25,678 bases of DNA from the NCBI RefSeq assembly GCF_006345805.1, contig NW_021836017.1, forward strand, positions 1 through 25,678, read 5' to 3'. The stretch's first letter is position 1; every line of letters begins with the position of its first letter. A program made the translations under genes and the position numbers. Under the pieces are notes generated by a model that was not told the origin of the DNA, made no database searches, and worked only from the letters and a program-made list of their open reading frames with translations. This document shows positions 19,068-25,678 of the stretch, piece after piece. This DNA is from Octopus sinensis. Its lineage: Eukaryota.

Positions 19068-19669
19068 AAGGCGGCGAGCTGGCAGAATCGTTAGCATGCA
19101 GGGTGAAATGCTTGGCAGTATTTTGTCTTCCGTTACATTCTGAGTTCAAATTCCGCCGAGGTCGACTATGCCTTTCATCCTTTCGGGGTCAATTAAATAA
19201 GTATCAGTTACGCACTGGGGTCGATATAATCGACTTAATCCATTTGTTTGTCCTTGTTTGTCTCCTCTGTGTTTAGCCCCTTGTGGGTAGTAAAGAAATA
19301 GGTATTTTGTCTGCCACTACATTCTGAGTTCAAATTCCGCCGAGGTCGACTTTGCCTTTCATCCATTCAGGGTTGATAAAATAAGTACCAGTTACGCACT
19401 GGGGTCGATGTAATCGACTTAATCCGTTTGTCTGTCCTTGTTTGTCCTCTCTGTGTTTAGCCCCTTGTGGGTAGTAAAGAAATAGGTATTTTGTCTGTCT
19501 TTACGTTCTGAGTTCAAATTCCGCTGAGGTCGACATTGCCTTTCATCCTTTCAGGGTTGATTAAATAAGTACCAGTTACACACTGGGGTCGATATAATCG
19601 ACTTAATCCGTCTGTCTGTCCTTGTCTGTCCTCTCTGTGTTTAGCCCCTTGTGGGTAGTAAAGAAATAG
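19068..19669 (+). mobile_element. SINE family E head followed by three 184-bp body units
   Basis: Head ggcggcgagctggcagaatcgttagc; ttctgagttcaaattcc at 19138, 19322 and 19506. Confidence 0.9.
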
Positions 19670-19744
19670 ATGATGATCAGCCTAATGGTCCCTCCTTCTG
19701 GAATTTCTGTAAGGGTTTGTTTCCTTAGTGGATGTTAAAAACTC

Positions 19745-20225
19745 TTGGCCTGTTTCTCAAACCTCAAATTTCAGTAAAGTTATGGAAAAATTGTCAGGAG
19801 GAAGTTGATTGTTCTTTGAAGATAACGATTTGCTTCCCGAAAGCCAGCATGATGCTCCACTCAGGAAGAAGTGGCTTTACACAACTTCGGCAGCATCACG
19901 ACATGGTGTTGAAACAACTTCATCTAATTGCTTGACCCATTAGCATTTAAACCGGCCATATCCGGCCAAAAGTATTCTGCCTGTTTTATGTTCAAACTGG
20001 CCAGATCTGGTCTCTCACACCAACCCTACAATATCATTTAAAAAATTAACTGCTACCTCATCAAAATCTCATCGCTACAAGATAATACATGATTAGTTCA
20101 AAACAATTAGGATAAAAAAGGATTAATTTTGGCAGAATAATGCGAACACTAAAGGGTTAAACATGGCTGGGGTATATCTCGATTTTTGCAAAGGCCTTTG
20201 ATAAGATTGATCGTGGAATTTGTAG
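19745..20225 (+). mobile_element. Degenerate CR1/L2-type reverse transcriptase fragment interrupted by a MITE
   Basis: Pieces SVKLWK/KVMEKL..., GFTQLRQHHDMVLKQL and, after the insertion, GVYLDF/AKAFDKIDRG (the RT YLDF.KAFD motif), with frameshifts. Confidence 0.7.
19936..20156. mobile_element. piggyBac-like MITE
   Basis: ttga|CCCATTAGCATT ... AACACTAAAGGG|ttaa: CCC/GGG termini and a TTAA-like TSD. Confidence 0.65.
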
Positions 20226-20446
20226 GCCATTTTCACCATTGGTTGATGGTATTACAGAATCAGCAACTCAACCACCACTGCTGTGTCTGGGCTGCTTCCA
20301 GAAGTGTCATGGAGCATTGATGGAACCACAGGGGATGCTAGATAATGGTTAAGTATAACCACACATATGTGTCTTAGAGAGTCCTTATCCATGGATTTTT
20401 TGTTCTTTCTTTGCAGATACTAAAAATAATAGGCATGTCGCTCTAA

Positions 20447-20846
20447 TCTTTATATATAAAGCTGAAGTTGTCTGTATGTGGCAGGTTTGGTAGCCTTCAA
20501 CCAACACTATCTCCTCCGAGACCCTGCGGCACAAGTTGACCAAAATTGAGAGTATGATAGAAGAAGGCTTGCTCTTTCTTCCGTAGAAGAAAAAATTCAA
20601 ATCGGACCATGTTAACATCAAAAATTATTTACATCAAAAAGGTGCTTTTTTTCTGTGAAAATCTCTATTTTTTACGATTTTTTGACTGCTGTGTCACCAT
20701 TCTTCGGTGTATTTCAAAGAGAATAACAAGCTACATGATGCAAAATTTTTACTTTTCAAAAATCCCAATTCTAAAGGGTTGCAAAATTCCAATTCTAAAG
20801 GGTTAAAAAGAAAACAAACCCGAGCAACGCTGGGCTATACTGCTAG
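20447..20846 (+). mobile_element. Non-autonomous Helitron
   Basis: A|TCTTTATATATAAA ... CCCGAGCAACGCTGGGCTATACTGCTAG|T. Confidence 0.8.
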
Positions 20847-21019
20847 TTTCAAATATATGCAAAATCATGGAATGAATTGTCAAGAGGCAGCTGATCATAT
20901 TCCAAGAAGATAATGGCTTGCTTCCACAGAGCTGCAGGGGTATGGCAGATATTGGTTAAGTATAAACATACATGTCTAGCTTAAGGTCCCTACCTAAGGA
21001 TTTTCTGTACACTCTTAGC

Positions 21020-21330
21020 TATTTGTTGTTTGTTCCTTGTCGAGCCATGCCTGGCTCATAAGGGCCGGTTTCCCGGTTTCCATGGCATATAGGTTCCCCA
21101 CCTGGATGGGACGCCGGTCCGTCACAGGTAAGCTGCAAGATGCAGGAGGAAAGAGTGAGAGAAAGTTGCGGCGAAAGAGTCATCAGAAGTTTCGCCATTA
21201 CCTTCTGCCGGAGCTGCGTGGAGCTTAGGTGTTTCACTCATAAACACACATATCGCCCTGTCTGAGATTCGAACCCGCGATCCCACGACCACAAGTCCAC
21301 TGCTCTAACCACTAGGCCATGTGCCTCCAT
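21020..21330 (-). mobile_element. SINE, head A variant + tail B-like
   Basis: Reverse complement resembles 12857-13160. Confidence 0.7.
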
Positions 21331-22060
21331 AATCTAATAAAAAAGGTTCCATATGGTGGGATCGAACCCAAACCTACATGGTTGGGAAGCAATCTTCTTA
21401 ACCACACAACCACACCTGTGCCTTGTAATTACGACAGTCCATAGGTGTGAATGTTTTCTAAAAGTCAGAGTCCACCACAGGAACATGAAAGACCTTGGCT
21501 ACTGATAAACTATTTTTATATCAACACGAGAAGGCAAAGGTAAAAACAAGAGATTGGAAAAAACACGGTAACCCCTTCCTCCACCGATAGCATGAAGAAA
21601 TAATAGGAGGGATAATCTATCATAATTTAGTCATAGATAAGATTAATTGATATCACAGGATAATTATGGTCATCGTCATACAGGTAGAGGCTCTTCTTTC
21701 AAGTTTTCAGTGGAAACATGTCTGGCCAATGGCAAACATTACATTTCCTGGGAACGGATGAGGGTTGGAGATAGAATTAATATCCTGACAGAGAAAATCT
21801 GTCTCAAGAAATTCCGTTTGATCAATGCAAGAATGGATAAGTGGAATTAAATGATAATACTAATGATGATGGTGATGATGATAAAAATAATAATAATAGT
21901 GGTAATAGTAGTAGTAATAATAATCATAATAATCTTTTCTACTATAGGCATAAAGCCTGAAATTTGGGAGAGCAGGGTAGTCAATTACATTGACCCCAGT
22001 GCGCAACTGGTACTTAATTTATCGACGCTGAAAGGATGCAAGAATATAATAATAATAATA

Positions 22061-22113
<53 letters not shown>

Positions 22114-22136
22114 AATAATAATAATAATAATGATAC

Positions 22137-22673
22137 CCTTTTACTTGTTTCAGTGATTTCACTGTGGCCATGCTGGAGCACCACCTTTACTCAAGCAAAT
22201 CGACCCCAGGACTTATTCTTTGTAAGCCTAGTACTTATTCTATCAGTCTCTTTTGCTGAACTGCTAAGTTACAGGGACGTTAACCCCCAGCATTGGTTGT
22301 CAAGTGGTATTGGGGACGGGGCAAACACAGACACACAAACATACACACACACACACAAACATATATATATATATATATATATACATATCTGCCAGATCAG
22401 ACTGGGCCTGGTGCAGCCTTCTGGCTTCCCAGACCCCAGTTGAACCGTCCAACCCATGCTAGCATGGAAAACGGACGTTAAACGATGATGATGATATATA
22501 CATATATATATGACGGGCTTCTTTCAGTTTCCGTCTACCAAATCCACTCACAAGGCATTGGTCAGCCCGAGGCTATAGTAGAAGACACTTACCCAAGGTG
22601 CCACGCTGTGGGACTGAACCCAGAACCATGTGGTTGGTAAGCAAGCTACTTACCACACAGCTGGTCCTACGCC

Positions 22674-22675
<2 letters not shown>
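22137..22675 (-). mobile_element. SINE family C/D with a nested RTE-tail fragment (22385-22495, +)
   Basis: Both halves match 6553-6970; the insert sits inside the central (TA)n. Confidence 0.8.
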
Positions 22676-22716
<41 letters not shown>

Positions 22717-22949
22717 CCTTTCTACTATAGGTACAAGCCCTGAAATTTTGGGGAGGAGGACTAATCAATTACAACAACCTCAGTGTTGAACTGGATCCTT
22801 AATCTAGTATTCAGTTGTGAAGCCCCCTCGTGCAGGTTTTAAAAATTTAGTCCATTTCGGCAATATACTAATGAGTAGTATCCACACAAATAAACTTTAT
22901 ACTAGGAGAGTCTCCATTTACTTTAGATCTGTGTGATATATATATATAT

Positions 22950-23259
22950 ATCACGTGATCACGTGACCGACCAGACCATCAGATGTTGTTACACATCGCT
23001 GGTCACAATGCATTCGCATTGTTTTAGCCTTCAAATGACGCCACCCCACTGGCTAAGCGAGCAGGTCAACAGAAGAAAGAGTGGGAGAAAGAGTGGTGAA
23101 AGAGTACAGCAGGGATCGCCACCAGCCCCTGCCGGAGCCTCGTGGAGCTTTTAGGTGTTTTCGCTCAATAAACACTCACAACGCCCGGTCGGGGAATCGA
23201 AACCGCGATCCTACAACCGCGAGTCTGCTGCCCTAACCACTGGGCCATTGCGCCTCCAC
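22950..23259 (-). mobile_element. SINE, head A + tail C
   Basis: 23080-23259 is the reverse complement of head A; 22950-23075 is a tail not seen on the other head-A copies. Confidence 0.7.
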
Positions 23260-23529
23260 ATATATATATACATATATACATATACATGAGAGTATTGTAG
23301 TTCACTTGAAGCATTGTGTATTGTTTGTAAATTATAATGTGTCTTGAATGGCACAACAATGCCATATATGTGTTATATATATACATATGTATATATGTGT
23401 ATATATACGTAAGCATATACAACAAGAAATAATATTTGTCCCATTTTATAGAAACAAAAGGGTTTATAGTTGTATACAAAGTCGTTGACCCAAATTTAAT
23501 GCTTGTTCTATAACCAATGCTTCTTTATC

Positions 23530-23581
23530 ATCATCTCATTTACATATGTATATAGATATATGTGTTATATATATACATATG

Positions 23582-23640
<59 letters not shown>

Positions 23641-23698
23641 CACACATATATACATTACACACACACACACATATATATATATATATGTTATTTATATA

Positions 23699-23738
<40 letters not shown>

Positions 23739-24340
23739 TATATATATATATATAATATATGTATATACATATGTATATACATATATACATATGTATATAA
23801 CTATAATTAAGGGTTTAGCAACTAGTTGCTTAACCACATACCGAAAAATTTAGAAATAGCAGCCAAAAGACCGTTATTTCTTTTCGGTATGGGAAAGGAT
23901 CCCTATTCGGTAAAAACTTATACAAGAAGTTTTATATATAATTATACCAATAATTAAGTGTTTAGCAACAAGTTTATATATATATATCTATAAATAATTT
24001 TAAAAAATAAGGGCAAAAGAAAATTCTAATGCCAAATATGCCGAAAAAAAGACAAAATTGTCAATAACCATTATAATTTATGCGTCTCGAGATTTTATCC
24101 TACATTAGTTATATATATATATATATTATATATAATACATATACATATACATTACATATTATATATATATATATCTATAATATATATATTGTAATATATA
24201 TATACATATACATACACATACATATATATATATATATATAGATATATTAATATAGATATATAGTATAGATTATATATATATATATATATAGATATATATA
24301 TATATATGTATATATATGTATATATATATGTATATAAGTT
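23530..24340. repeat. (TA)n-rich microsatellite blocks with an intervening degenerate repeat
   Basis: Directly visible (23530-23800 and 24110-24340). Confidence 0.85.
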
Positions 24341-25019
24341 CATTTGTTTATGTGTATTGAATACATTATGTCTGTATATACACTGGATGTTGTTGACATA
24401 CATTGGGTGTTTTAAGTTTATAAAATATTCTGCACCATGCTAATTAACTCAGTTCCACTATTCATAGTAATCCCATAAAAATCACCCTACATGTTTAAAG
24501 TTCATGTGTGTGTGTGTGCACACGTGTGTGTGTCAGCTGTTACCTCATTTTTATATCATATCCAGTGGTGAAGTCCATTTTATGATGAATATATTTAGCA
24601 AGACTACGTATTTTATACACATAAAACAGCGTGCCCTAGAATTTTCAGAGACATTTTCAGATGCCCTTCATTCCCTAGCATAAATCATAACTGTCCCCAT
24701 TTCCTGCGGGTTCATAGCTTTGCAAGCTGTATGGTAATTTCTGTGGGATTGCACCTAGAAAGTTCCTCTCTGAGGCACGAGTCTGGGCAAGGTTGTTTAT
24801 GGAAGACCAGCAGTCACAAATGTATAACAGCCTCCACTCTCCCTACCATAGACGTTATCCAAAGGAAAGGCAAAGACCGATACAGCGTGGCACTCGCGGG
24901 AATCCCTAAGTTGTGTGGGGCTGACTCAAATAGTTTTAAATAATAACACATACTAAATGAGTTCCATTCTTTGTTTTATTTGTCCACACTCATATATATA
25001 CATATATACATATATATAT

Positions 25020-25210
25020 ATATCATCATCATCATCATCGTTTAGCGTCCGTTTTCCATGCTAGCATGGGTTGGACGGTTCTACTGGGGTCTGTGAAGCC
25101 AGAAGGCTTCATCAGGCCCAGTCAAATCTGGCAGTGTTTCTACGGCTGGATGCCCTTCCTAACGCCAACCACTCCGTGAGTGTAGTGGGTGCTTTTTACA
25201 TGCCACCCGC
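25020..25210 (-). mobile_element. RTE-type 3' tail fragment
   Basis: Matches 2035-2225. Confidence 0.8.
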
Positions 25211-25260
25211 ATATATATATATATAAATACGTATACATATATATATCCTATATATATATA

Positions 25261-25523
25261 TGTAAAAAAATACAAACTGGGACAAGAATGCAAAACATTT
25301 AGAAGATGATACAATAAACACGGACGGGACATTCGAAGCCTTCAATCTTCAGTCAAGAACCGGATCATCATCGCAATTTCGGCTGCATCTCAAGATTAAT
25401 CAGCCGAAATTGCGAGGATGATCCGGTTCTTGACTGAAGATTGAAGGCTTCGAATGTCCGTCCGTGTTTATTGTATCATCTTCTAAATGTTTTGCATTCT
25501 TGTCCCAGTTTGTATTTTTTTAC

Positions 25524-25524
<1 letters not shown>
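25261..25524. repeat. Long inverted repeat (fold-back element)
   Basis: Arms 25261-25385 and 25401-25524 differ by one substitution and one 1-nt indel; 15-nt loop; (TA)n on both sides. Confidence 0.95.
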
Positions 25525-25556
<32 letters not shown>

Positions 25557-25600
25557 ATATATATACGTATTTATATTATATCAATATATATATACGTATT

Positions 25601-25656
<56 letters not shown>

Positions 25657-25678
25657 TATATATGTATTATATATATAT

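Noticed and set aside
19110-19669. CRISPR-like regular array (also 9297-9663)
   Set aside because: Whole units repeat with no unique spacers, units are far longer than CRISPR repeats, the context is eukaryotic and there are no cas genes.
20252-20337. Phase-1 frame ASPVVPSMLHDTSGSSPDTAVVVELLIL* as the first half of the FN3 domain
   Set aside because: Lacks the conserved FN3 Trp and runs into a stop with no good donor.
25425-25465. Hammerhead-like CTGAAGA...CGAA in the palindrome arms
   Set aside because: The core heptamer is present but A15.1 is missing, stem II would need a 1-nt loop and stem I does not pair.

Overview
AT-rich eukaryotic genomic window saturated with repeats and microsatellites. 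The mix of tRNA-headed SINEs, RTE and CR1 LINE remnants and long (TA)n/(ATT)n/(CA)n tracts is most consistent with an octopod cephalopod (inference from remembered repeat types, not a database match). Almost all ORF-track entries are microsatellite or repeat shadows. One host gene is supported on the minus strand, a type-I membrane protein. It has a fibronectin type III (FN3) half-domain exon (13288-13482) and a Ser/Thr-stalk plus transmembrane exon (7875-8210); both have canonical splice sites and are phase 1-1. Its cytoplasmic tail and upstream exons are unresolved. The most interesting signal is eight minimal type-I hammerhead-ribozyme-like motifs in four distinct Penelope-like repeat families. 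One has a canonical CUGAUGA core and three families have non-canonical cores (CCGAYGA, CUGAUGC, CUGUAGA). They include an inverted-plus-tandem triple cassette at 1770-1960, and three motifs lie in the host gene's sense orientation. Also present: mix-and-match SINE heads and tails, 184-bp SINE-body tandem arrays, a CR1 with a triplicated 3' end, two non-autonomous Helitrons, MITEs and a near-perfect 264-bp palindrome. All structures were folded and aligned by eye; repeat boundaries are approximate (about +/-10 nt) unless termini are quoted.
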